A stretch of 64,000 bases of DNA from Candidatus Bathyarchaeia archaeon (lineage in GTDB: Archaea; Thermoproteota; Bathyarchaeia; Bathyarchaeales; Bathycorpusculaceae), in assembly GCA_050012255.1 (NCBI GenBank), contig JBEKHN010000001.1, forward strand, positions 64,001 to 128,000, in the 5' to 3' direction. The notes under the pieces are model-generated. The model did no database searches. It was not told the DNA's origin and saw nothing but the letters and a program-made list of their open reading frames with translations. Shown one piece after another: positions 49,614 to 57,493 of the stretch. Positions within the stretch are counted from its first letter, which is position 1, and the number at the start of each line of letters is the position of its first letter. The translations under genes were made by a program, and so were the position numbers.

Positions 49614-49815
49614 ACTATTGCAGGCGCTTTCGTAGATTGCTAACGTGGGAGAAAAGTGCAATTTAACCTGCATGTTCTGACCATACCAGTAATAAATCTA
49701 ATGTACCACTTTCCCATCTAACAGCACACCTGCAAACAATATCGTGAAATTAGAAGCGCGCGCGATCTAAATGAAAAAAGAAAAAGAGGGGTTCGGCTAC
49801 TCGTAGCGTGTTCTG

Positions 49816-50490
49816 TCAGCGCGTAGGCCTTGACAAAATCTTTCCCATTGCCTCCATTTCTTGCAAAGAGAACCTGTCCCGTCCATGGGACGTGATGAAA
49901 CCAACCAAATCGTTGAAACCTAAGACCTTAACCTTTTCAGTACTCAAGTCCCTTATTCCAAGGAAATTCAAGAAGACCACAACACCTTGAACCCAAAACT
50001 TCCTGTCGCCAAGAACTTTTGAGTCCACAATAGTCTGCCAAACCCACTGGGCATTTCGCTGGGCTTGATCGGTTGGATCGAAATAAAGGCGCGTCCAGTT
50101 CTTGGTTTCAATCGCGAATACAGCGTTGGGCCCCAAGAGAACGTGGTCAATGTTGCGCTTCTTCCCCCAACTGTCAGAATACACCACATCGTTGACTAAG
50201 AAATAGTAATCATCAAGCGAACGCTGAAGAAGTGAAGTAACCTTTTCTTCCCCTTCAACGCCAAGCCTGTAACTTCGATACATCCTCAGAAAAAAGAATA
50301 TGCCCACTGTAGGAAAAACCATACTCAACGCTCGTGCTCCTTCATAAGCGCCCGCGTTAAAATAGAGAGGCATTTTTGGAATCGAAATCAAGACCAAAAT
50401 CGCCAATGCAACAACGCACACAACAAACATGAGCTGGGCAATCTGAACTTTCCGTCTCAGGTGATTGCCAGATTCTTTAACAATATGCAT
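49816..50490 (-). CDS. Membrane-anchored NERD (nuclease-related) domain protein
   Basis: Two TM helices, then G.EGEEKV...L.ND...NIDHVLLGPNAVFAIETKNW...Q; start set to ATG 50490. Confidence 0.8.
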   Translation of the reverse strand: MHIVKESGNHLRRKVQIAQLMFVVCVVALAILVLISIPKMPLYFNAGAYEGARALSMVFPTVGIFFFLRMYRSYRLGVEGEEKVTSLLQRSLDDYYFLVNDVVYSDSWGKKRNIDHVLLGPNAVFAIETKNWTRLYFDPTDQAQRNAQWVWQTIVDSKVLGDRKFWVQGVVVFLNFLGIRDLSTEKVKVLGFNDLVGFITSHGRDRFSLQEMEAMGKILSRPTR

Positions 50491-50593
50491 CCGAGTGACT
50501 ACCTGGTTGATACCGATTAATCCTTCTTGAAAGATGTATATTAGCGCACCCGCGCTCGACCTGAGGAGGTGTCTGTTAGAATAGCGCGCTATT

Positions 50594-50719
50594 CTAGACC
50601 GCAATGACTGAATGACATCTAGGACAATTCCTAGGATTTCCTTCTGTCTTAAACTCCAGCCCACAGTTCTTACATCTGCAGTTCTTTGCTCTACCATATT
50701 TTCTGTATCTTTCACTCAT
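50594..50719 (-). CDS. Small zinc-ribbon protein (41 aa, not in the ORF track)
   Basis: MSERYRKYGRAKNCRCKNCGLEFKTEGNPRNCPRCHSVIAV*; CxxC-x12-CPxC; purine-rich upstream sequence. Confidence 0.65.
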   Translation of the reverse strand: MSERYRKYGRAKNCRCKNCGLEFKTEGNPRNCPRCHSVIAV

Positions 50720-51044
50720 TCTTTTTCCTTCTTTCTTCTTATTCTAGAAATTGGATGGTTGATTTTCTACTATTATCATAAGTTGTATAACTGTAACCAT
50801 CAACAGCGCGCGCCTATTTTCTTTTTCTGAAACGCGCGCTATTTTTAGGGTCGAGTCCATCGATCGAACTAACTCCAGCCCGCGTGCCATAAGAACAACA
50901 AGAACCCACCAACACTCCATTTTCTTTAACGCGTAAACGCTAAAGCTAAATTAGTTCTATCTGTTGAGGGCGCGCGCGTCTGCCAAGTGTTCTGAAACGT
51001 AATTTTTTTAAGAATGGCGTCATAAATGGAATGGGGAAAAATCC

Positions 51045-51569
51045 TTGACCCGCTGGTTGGAATATAACATTCATTTACGAAGTACATTAACGAATGATGC
51101 CATTTCCGTGCTTGTTGACTTTGTTTATCCATTTATGAGAAATCATGGGGAATATGTTAATTGGCATTATCTTGTTGAGCAAAATGGGTGTCGCTCAACC
51201 CAATTGGAAATAAGATTACGCGTAGAAGGAGCACAAGAATACATCGATACATTTAGACGAGATATGACAACTGAAATCCAAAATTATAGCCAACGTACTA
51301 ACCTCGTTATGAGTGAGAATGACGCATTGGGGTCTCATGAAGGTCTTCATGGAAACCGAACTGGGCATTACCAAGGAGCAGCCTCCGAAAATTTTGGTAG
51401 AGATTGGAATTCTATTGTAGGAATAATGCAAATTGGGTCTGAAAATGCTATTGAGATATTTCGACTAGCACGAGGTTTAGTGGAAAGGCGCTCATTTGAC
51501 GATGGCCCGAGACAGGTTAATCATCCTTATTACCTTCACTTAACCTTCAACCAACTTCTCACTGAATAA
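51045..51569 (+). CDS. Stand-alone lantibiotic dehydratase C-terminal (elimination)-like domain
   Basis: W..YNI...V.P...WHYL.E...IRLR and C-terminal LHLTFNQL resemble the Lant_dehydr_C/thiopeptide-type pattern (HxRxR, HMxxNRL); AT-rich. Confidence 0.45.
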   Translation: MTRWLEYNIHLRSTLTNDAISVLVDFVYPFMRNHGEYVNWHYLVEQNGCRSTQLEIRLRVEGAQEYIDTFRRDMTTEIQNYSQRTNLVMSENDALGSHEGLHGNRTGHYQGAASENFGRDWNSIVGIMQIGSENAIEIFRLARGLVERRSFDDGPRQVNHPYYLHLTFNQLLTE

Positions 51570-51617
51570 GTGAGAGGAAACCTACAGAATTGTAAATAAT
51601 ACGTGCTATGAGGTGAT

Positions 51618-52280
51618 CTGACGCAGACGCAAATAACCGAACTAACCAAGACTCTCTTAGATGAGAAGGAAATTGCCGTTGCAGACAGACTTGATTTTCT
51701 AATTGAAAAAGAACCAGAAATGTGGAAGGCTTGGGCGTTACTGGAGCAAGTACTCCCGATATTTTGGATAGTAGAGGGCAAATACCTTCATACTCGTGCG
51801 CCTGTATTTGTTTATCGGACTCTCTACTATCTCAACCACCCCCATGATTTCATCAACGATTCCAGAAAAATGATTCTCATGATGGGAAATCATCTCGAAG
51901 GTCTTTTGGTACATTTGCTTGACTTGCACAATCGACCTCTCGGAGATTTGTCTTATTATTTATCTAAAACTGACCAGACGGAATTATCATCTTCTCTTCT
52001 AAAGTTCAACGAAGTTTATCGGCGAGCAAAACATATGTCTGGAGACCCATTCTTGCCAACGAGATTAGACCAAAGAACTTTCAGTACACGCGAAGCGGTC
52101 TATTGCCTATTTGTCATGAGAAATCTTTCAATCAAGCTTTTTGATTTATTGAAGAAAGCAGGAAAACCTTTGAGCGAAGAATGGAAGCAAATTGACTCTC
52201 AATGGTTTACGTGGGACAGCGAAGAGCCAATTAGCCCCGGAAGGAGAGTTATAGTAAAAAGCCAGCAACCAGAAATCTGA
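51618..52280 (+). CDS. Hypothetical protein (possibly HEPN-like)
   Basis: Frame open from 51612; possible CTG start after GAGGTGA or ATG 51720; helical, HLEG and FNEVYRRAKH motifs. Confidence 0.5.
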   Translation: MTQTQITELTKTLLDEKEIAVADRLDFLIEKEPEMWKAWALLEQVLPIFWIVEGKYLHTRAPVFVYRTLYYLNHPHDFINDSRKMILMMGNHLEGLLVHLLDLHNRPLGDLSYYLSKTDQTELSSSLLKFNEVYRRAKHMSGDPFLPTRLDQRTFSTREAVYCLFVMRNLSIKLFDLLKKAGKPLSEEWKQIDSQWFTWDSEEPISPGRRVIVKSQQPEI

Positions 52281-52368
52281 CTTCTTGCCTTCTTCTGAGA
52301 ATCGACCCTGTGAAGGCAAAACGCATTAGAGAACACCTGCAAATAGCGCGCTAAGTGAAAGCGTGGCA

Positions 52369-52399
52369 GCCCGTCCCCATACCAAAAGGGTTAGGGGCC
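52369..52399 (+). repeat. Partial copy of the 3' hairpin of the 120-bp repeat
   Basis: GCCCGTCCCCATACCAAAAGGGTTAGGGGCC versus GCCCGTCCCCATACCCAAACGGGTTCAGGGCC. Confidence 0.75.
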
Positions 52400-52483
52400 T
52401 GACCCTCCTAAGCTGCTTTGAGATTTAGTTCTCTCTTCAGGTTTCGCTTTAGCGCGCGCGTACAAAGCTATAGCAGATGCGCC

Positions 52484-52513
52484 GGGATGTGAACCCAAAA
52501 GGGTTCAAGTCCC
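52484..52513 (+). repeat. T-arm-like hairpin
   Basis: GGGATGTGAACCC-AAAA-GGGTTCAAGTCCC inverted repeat. Confidence 0.7.
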
Positions 52514-52698
52514 AACCAAAACCGAACTGTGGTGGAGCCCCAAGCACCCACTCGAACCGTGCCAGTAACCATTCCCCATCTGAAAACGCCATGCCTGCCT
52601 CTTCAAGGCTTGTTACCACACAACATTACCACTGACGTTACTTAAAAAGTACGGGGGAGTCAACTTCGAACACTTCACCTACTATATGCGCTAGCGTG

Positions 52699-53052
52699 CT
52701 AAGCTATGCAAGTGTAGAGATATTGCCTGTTCTTTTCTCCAGCTTCCGCGATAACGCCGTTCTTTCTGAGAGCTATAATGTGCTGAACTATCACGCTGGG
52801 CTGAAGCCCAGTTAACTGCGAGATCTCCTCCACCGTAAGCGGGCCTTTTTCCTTGAGGGCACCCTTGATCAGGCTTCTTTCAACCTCATCGTGCATAATC
52901 GAATCCACTGCTTTCTTGTACTTGTCTTCCTCAACTTCCACTTTTATCTGCGATCTTCCCATAACCCACCGCAACCTCTGGGACTTGAAAGCATCTATTG
53001 TCGCGTCAGTCCTTCTCTTCATCTTCTCCTTCTTTTCGCTCATCATTTCCAC
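52699..53052 (-). CDS. Winged-helix protein downstream of mvhD
   Basis: PLTVEEISQLTGLQPSVIVQHIIALRKNG; resembles the C-terminal extension of long MvhD/FlpD proteins; start may be ATG 53046. Confidence 0.7.
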   Translation of the reverse strand: MEMMSEKKEKMKRRTDATIDAFKSQRLRWVMGRSQIKVEVEEDKYKKAVDSIMHDEVERSLIKGALKEKGPLTVEEISQLTGLQPSVIVQHIIALRKNGVIAEAGEKNRQYLYTCIA

Positions 53053-53511
53053 CTATTTCGAGTTCCCGGTGACTCGGAAAGGACTGGGCCCCAAGGCCTT
53101 CACCTGCTCCGTCATTTCTCTGATCAGAGCTGCCCACTTTCCTCCCTCACTCGCTGAGACCCACTCGAGCCTTACACGTTCCGATTCAATGCCTATGCTC
53201 TGAACGGCTTTCTTGATGTACTCAAACCTCTTTTCCATCAGGTAGTTGCCCTTTTGGTAGTGGCAGTCACCTGGGTGACAACCAGCGATTATGACTCCGT
53301 CGGCTCCCATGCTCAGTGCTTCCAGCACTAGCGTCGGGTCCATTCTGCCGGTGCACATTACTCGTACGATTCTGATGTTTGTCGGGTATTCGAATCGACT
53401 CGTCCCGGCCAGGTCTGCGCCTGCGTAGGAGCACCAGTTGCAGCAGTAAGCGACGATTACTGGTTCAAACTCCTCCTTCGTCTTCTCTCCAAGAACGTCT
53501 TGTTTCGCCAT
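53053..53511 (-). CDS. mvhD: Hydrogenase delta subunit MvhD
   Basis: CCNWCSYAGADLAG, RVMCTGR, GCHPGDCHY, WVSASEG. Confidence 0.95.
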   Translation of the reverse strand: MAKQDVLGEKTKEEFEPVIVAYCCNWCSYAGADLAGTSRFEYPTNIRIVRVMCTGRMDPTLVLEALSMGADGVIIAGCHPGDCHYQKGNYLMEKRFEYIKKAVQSIGIESERVRLEWVSASEGGKWAALIREMTEQVKALGPSPFRVTGNSK

Positions 53512-55302
53512 TTAGGATGCTACCTCCTTTAGGGCCTCAGGCATCAGAAGCGCCTTCACTTGAGCAAGTATCTGATTTTCGCTGAAGTGACGCATCGTTA
53601 TCGCTCGTTTCGGACACTCTGCGGCGCATGAACCGCACCCTCTGCAGAGCACCTCTAGGACTTTTGACTTGCCATCCTGAACCTTGGGCGCTCCGTAGGG
53701 ACAGATCTCCTCGCACAGGCCACACCCGATGCATTGATCCTCGTCCACGACCGCTGTTATCGCCTCCGTTCGAACCTTTCCGTTGCCCATTAAGATTGAC
53801 GCTCTAGCCGCTGCTGCTTCGCCCCCGATTATGCTCTCTGAAACGTCCTTCGGGCCGGAAACGGTGCCCGCGACGAAAACGCCGTCCACGTTCGTGTCCA
53901 CTGGTCTGAGCTTCAAGTGCGCTTCCATCATGAAACCGTCGGTTCCTATCGGGACCTTCAGCATTCTTCCAAGCGTTATCTCATCCTTGTTTGGAATGAG
54001 CGGGGTTGAAAGAACAACCCAGTCTGATGGGAATCTGACCTCAAGGCCGGCCAACGCGTCATAGGCTATTACTGCGAGTTTGCCGCCTGACTCCTGTACA
54101 ACTTCGGGCTTCACCTCTTCAATGTGCCTCACAAACCTCACTTCAAGATCTCTTGCCTTCCGATAGAAGTCTTCGTATTCCTTGTAGACTCTTAGGTCTC
54201 CAAAGAGCACGACAACGTCTGTCTTGGGTGACTTTTCTTTCACAAGTATAGCGTTCTTTATGGCGTTCATGCAGCAGATTCTTGAACAGTAGGGCCATCC
54301 TTCCTCCTTTCGTGCCTTGAGGATCTTTCTGAGAAGCTCGGCTGTGTCTGATTTTGGAAAGGCCTCAAGCTCGGACGGTCGGATTTCACCTTTCCTTGCT
54401 CCAACGCATTGTATCATCACGACTCTTTCCGGCGTCCCAAGCTCGTCTTTTCTCAGCATCCCGTCGAGTTCTCTCTGTGTTATCACGTGGTCGCTCACGC
54501 CATACTGGTAGAAGCCGTTCGGAGGTGTGTAGTTAGAGGAGCCGGAGGCCACTATTATCGTGCCAACTTTAACTTCCGCATCACCTTTCGGGCCTGTCAG
54601 GACAGCGTTGAAGTTTCCAACGTAGCCGCTGACGTCCTTGAGGGTTGTTGACGTCATGAGTTCAATGTTCTCGTGAGACTTCACGGCTTTCACCATGGGT
54701 CCGACAACTTCGGAGGAATCTTCCAGTGTTGGGTACAGTTTGTAAAGCCAACGTGTAATCCCGCCTGGTTCCTTCTCCTTCTCGGCCAAGTACACCTTGA
54801 AGCCCTGGTTTGCCATGGAAATCGCTGCTGATAACCCAGCCACTCCCGCTCCGATCACGAGCGAAACATCCTTAACCTCAACTTCCGGTTCAGTCTCAGG
54901 CTCAAGCAGAGCAGCTTTTGCCACAGCCATCCTGACGATGTCCTTGGCCTTTTCTGTCGCTTTCTGATGCTCATGCCCGTGCACCCAGCTGACATGTTCG
55001 CGGAGGTTGGCCATTTCGAACAGGTATGGGTTCAAGCCTCCCTCCCTGCAGCAAGCCCGGAACAAGGGCTCGTGCGTTCTCGGCGTGCAGGATGCGACAA
55101 CAACACGGTTCAGACCGTGCTCCTTGATTGCTTCTTTTATGGCGTCCAACCCAGCTTCTGAGCACGTGTAGAGGTTGTACTCGGCGTGAGCTACATTCCG
55201 AAGTTTCTTCGCGTACGCAGTGACTTCTGGAACGTTGACTACACCGCCGATGTTGACTCCGCAGCTGCAGATGAAGACGCCTACGCGTGGTTCTTCCGTC
55301 AT
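53512..55302 (-). CDS. hdrA: HdrA-like subunit (equivalent to the C-terminal half of the double HdrA)
   Basis: RVGVFICSCG, ASCTPRTHE, GAGVAG, QCVG..YCSRICC, EAHLKLRPV, two ferredoxin motifs. Confidence 0.9.
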   Translation of the reverse strand: MTEEPRVGVFICSCGVNIGGVVNVPEVTAYAKKLRNVAHAEYNLYTCSEAGLDAIKEAIKEHGLNRVVVASCTPRTHEPLFRACCREGGLNPYLFEMANLREHVSWVHGHEHQKATEKAKDIVRMAVAKAALLEPETEPEVEVKDVSLVIGAGVAGLSAAISMANQGFKVYLAEKEKEPGGITRWLYKLYPTLEDSSEVVGPMVKAVKSHENIELMTSTTLKDVSGYVGNFNAVLTGPKGDAEVKVGTIIVASGSSNYTPPNGFYQYGVSDHVITQRELDGMLRKDELGTPERVVMIQCVGARKGEIRPSELEAFPKSDTAELLRKILKARKEEGWPYCSRICCMNAIKNAILVKEKSPKTDVVVLFGDLRVYKEYEDFYRKARDLEVRFVRHIEEVKPEVVQESGGKLAVIAYDALAGLEVRFPSDWVVLSTPLIPNKDEITLGRMLKVPIGTDGFMMEAHLKLRPVDTNVDGVFVAGTVSGPKDVSESIIGGEAAAARASILMGNGKVRTEAITAVVDEDQCIGCGLCEEICPYGAPKVQDGKSKVLEVLCRGCGSCAAECPKRAITMRHFSENQILAQVKALLMPEALKEVAS

Positions 55303-56607
55303 CTATGCTGCCTCCTTAATCTTCAAGAGTTCAGCCACTCGACCGGCCGTGGCACTTCCCTGAGTTATCGAGTCTGGAATGTCTCCTGTCTTGGGACCCA
55401 CGCAGTAACCGCAGGCAAAAATGCCTGGCACAGTGGTGTCCAACGGTCTCCTCACAGAATCTTCCAGCTTGAAGAATCCATAATTGTCCAGCTGCACTCC
55501 CACCGTCTTCGACAGCTCGGCAACCCCTTCGCTTGGGACCAAGGCTGGACTCAGCACCACAAGATCAAAAGGGATACTCTGAACAGTTCGGGTTATCGGG
55601 TCCTCAAAGCAAACGATCAGGTTGCCCGTCTTCGGGTCCTCTGAGATCTCTCCAGGATTGCTTCGAATGAACTCTACTCCAAACTCGGACTTCGCCCTGT
55701 TCACGAACTCTTGGAAACCTTTGCCGAACGCCCGCATGTCTATGTAGAAAATAGTGACGAGAGAACTCGGTTCATGTTCTTTTATGAGTACCGCGTCCTT
55801 GACCGCATACTTGCAGCAGATGCTTGAACAGTAGGAGTGGCCGATCCAGCTTCTTCTGTCACGGGAACCCACGCACTGAATGAAAGCTATGCTTCTTGGT
55901 ATTTTGCCATCCGATGGTCTCATCAGATGTCCGCCAGTTGGACCTGATGCACACAGAAGGCGTTCGAGTTCCATGGCCGTAACGACGTTCTTGAAGCGCT
56001 TGTATCCGTATTGCGCTATCACTGAGGGGTTGAACACGTCGAAGCCTGTTGCAAGAACTATCGCTCCAACGTCAAGTTCAATCTCTTCTGGTTGTTGAGC
56101 CCTGTTCACGGCCTTGTTTGGGCAGACCTTATCGCAAAGACCGCACTCAACGCAGCTTTCCTTGTCTATGACTGCGACCCTCGGCACTGCCTGCATGAAG
56201 GGCATGTAGATAGCCTTTCTCACGCCTATGTACTCATCAAACTCGTTAAGTGCTTCAGTAGGGCAGTTCTGCGCACAGATCAGGCATCCGCTGCACTTTT
56301 TCTCGTCAACATATCTCGGCTTCTTGAGAACTGTGACCTTGAAGTTGCCAGCAGAGCCTTTTACAGCCTTCACTTCCGAATAAGTCAATAGCTGAACGTT
56401 CGGGTGGTGAGAGCACTCTATCATCTTTGGCGCTAGAATGCACATCGAGCAGTCCATCGTCGGGAAGGTCTTATCTAACTGCGCCATCCTTCCGCCTATG
56501 CTTGGTCTCTTCTCAACCAAGTATACTTTTAAGCCCCTGTTCGCCAAGTCTAGAGAAGCTTGTATGCCCGCTATGCCGCCTCCTACTACCATGACTGCTT
56601 TCGGCAT
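55303..56607 (-). CDS. hdrA: HdrA-like subunit (equivalent to the N-terminal half of the double HdrA)
   Basis: GGGIAG, QLDKTFPT.DCSMCI, inserted ferredoxin, QCVGSRD..YCSSICC. Confidence 0.9.
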   Translation of the reverse strand: MPKAVMVVGGGIAGIQASLDLANRGLKVYLVEKRPSIGGRMAQLDKTFPTMDCSMCILAPKMIECSHHPNVQLLTYSEVKAVKGSAGNFKVTVLKKPRYVDEKKCSGCLICAQNCPTEALNEFDEYIGVRKAIYMPFMQAVPRVAVIDKESCVECGLCDKVCPNKAVNRAQQPEEIELDVGAIVLATGFDVFNPSVIAQYGYKRFKNVVTAMELERLLCASGPTGGHLMRPSDGKIPRSIAFIQCVGSRDRRSWIGHSYCSSICCKYAVKDAVLIKEHEPSSLVTIFYIDMRAFGKGFQEFVNRAKSEFGVEFIRSNPGEISEDPKTGNLIVCFEDPITRTVQSIPFDLVVLSPALVPSEGVAELSKTVGVQLDNYGFFKLEDSVRRPLDTTVPGIFACGYCVGPKTGDIPDSITQGSATAGRVAELLKIKEAA

Positions 56608-56608
56608 A

Positions 56609-57493
56609 TCATTTCGCCTCCGCCATGTCCAATATTTTCGTGATCGGAATCCTGTGGGCTTTAACTTCCCAATCTTCCAGTTTGATGCCCATCGCTATCC
56701 TGAGCAACTCGGCAAAATGCAGCACTGGGAAGTTGTAGTCTTCGTTTAGGTGCCTTTTAATCTCTATCTGTCCCATGTCGAGTTCCAGATAGCAGAATGG
56801 ACACACAGTTGTTATACAATCAACACCAGCGGCCCTCATACAATCCAGTTTTTGCTTCGCCACCTGCAACGCAACTTCATCGTTGATGCCTCGAAGCGGG
56901 CCGCCGCAGCAAGCCTCTTTTCTCTCGTACGGGACAGATATTGCACCTGTCGCCTCCACGAGCTTTTCCAAGGCCAGTTGACCTATTTGCTGTTCAAAAT
57001 GTATCCGTTTAGGCTTTGTCAGGTGGCATCCTGGCTGCACTGCCACTCGAAGTCCATCGAATGGTTTCTTGACCGCGTCCTTCACCTTTTCTAAGCCCAC
57101 GTTCTCGTACAAAACGTCGCTGAAGATTTTGACGTCTGTCTTACCTTTGAACTCCATGCTCACATCAGAGAGGATCTTGTTCACCCTGTCTCGCAGCTCC
57201 TTGTCCTCTTTCAAAAGCGTGTTCACTGCCAGAAGAGATTCGTAGCAGTCGTTGCACAGTGTCATGATGTTAAGTCCCATCTGCTCAGCTATGCAGAGGT
57301 TTCTGGCAGCTAACGCAAGCCAACTGGTGTAGTCCAAAGATTGAATGCTGAACGGAGCACAGCAGTTTGCGCCATCCATGTCGACAAGCTCCACGCCGAG
57401 TTGAGGAAGAATCTTTCGAACTGAATTCTCGTAGTGCGGTTGCCTAGCAGGTATCAAACAGCCCAAGAAGAAAGCATATTTCACAGATATCAC
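56609..57493 (-). CDS. hdrB: Heterodisulfide reductase subunit B
   Basis: FLGC, CC, CNDC, GCH, CCGG, CPFC. Confidence 0.9.
   Translation of the reverse strand: MISVKYAFFLGCLIPARQPHYENSVRKILPQLGVELVDMDGANCCAPFSIQSLDYTSWLALAARNLCIAEQMGLNIMTLCNDCYESLLAVNTLLKEDKELRDRVNKILSDVSMEFKGKTDVKIFSDVLYENVGLEKVKDAVKKPFDGLRVAVQPGCHLTKPKRIHFEQQIGQLALEKLVEATGAISVPYERKEACCGGPLRGINDEVALQVAKQKLDCMRAAGVDCITTVCPFCYLELDMGQIEIKRHLNEDYNFPVLHFAELLRIAMGIKLEDWEVKAHRIPITKILDMAEAK

Larger units (their letters stand above)
43362..52698. mobile_element. Accessory island / cassette-like hypervariable region
   Basis: 11-bp direct repeat GCGCTAGCGTG at both edges, att-like tRNA fragment, 120-bp repeats, gene fragments, AT-rich cargo, dense (CG)n palindromes; no integrase in the window. 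Confidence 0.6.

Noticed and set aside
50491-50715. N-terminal extension of the 299-aa NERD ORF
   Set aside because: Overlaps a better small zinc-ribbon ORF in another frame and crosses the palindrome; the NERD protein plausibly starts at ATG 50490
43467-52513. CRISPR array made of the hairpin repeats
   Set aside because: Spacing is irregular (about 60 bp to several kb), copies are divergent, the intervening sequence is duplicated rather than unique, and no cas genes are present
52530-52558. Minus-strand GGTTCGAGT...GGGGCTCCACCA as a second tRNA 3' att fragment
   Set aside because: Distance from T-loop to CCA is 4 nt too long and the T-stem does not pair
43333-52698. Integrase or transposase gene for the island
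   Set aside because: No tyrosine or serine recombinase, DDE or clear HUH transposase motif set was recognisable in any ORF of the region
55300-55305. Pyrrolysine or selenocysteine recoding at the in-frame stops
   Set aside because: Downstream genes have their own SD and start codons, one junction is TAA, none is TGA, and no pyl or sel genes are in the window
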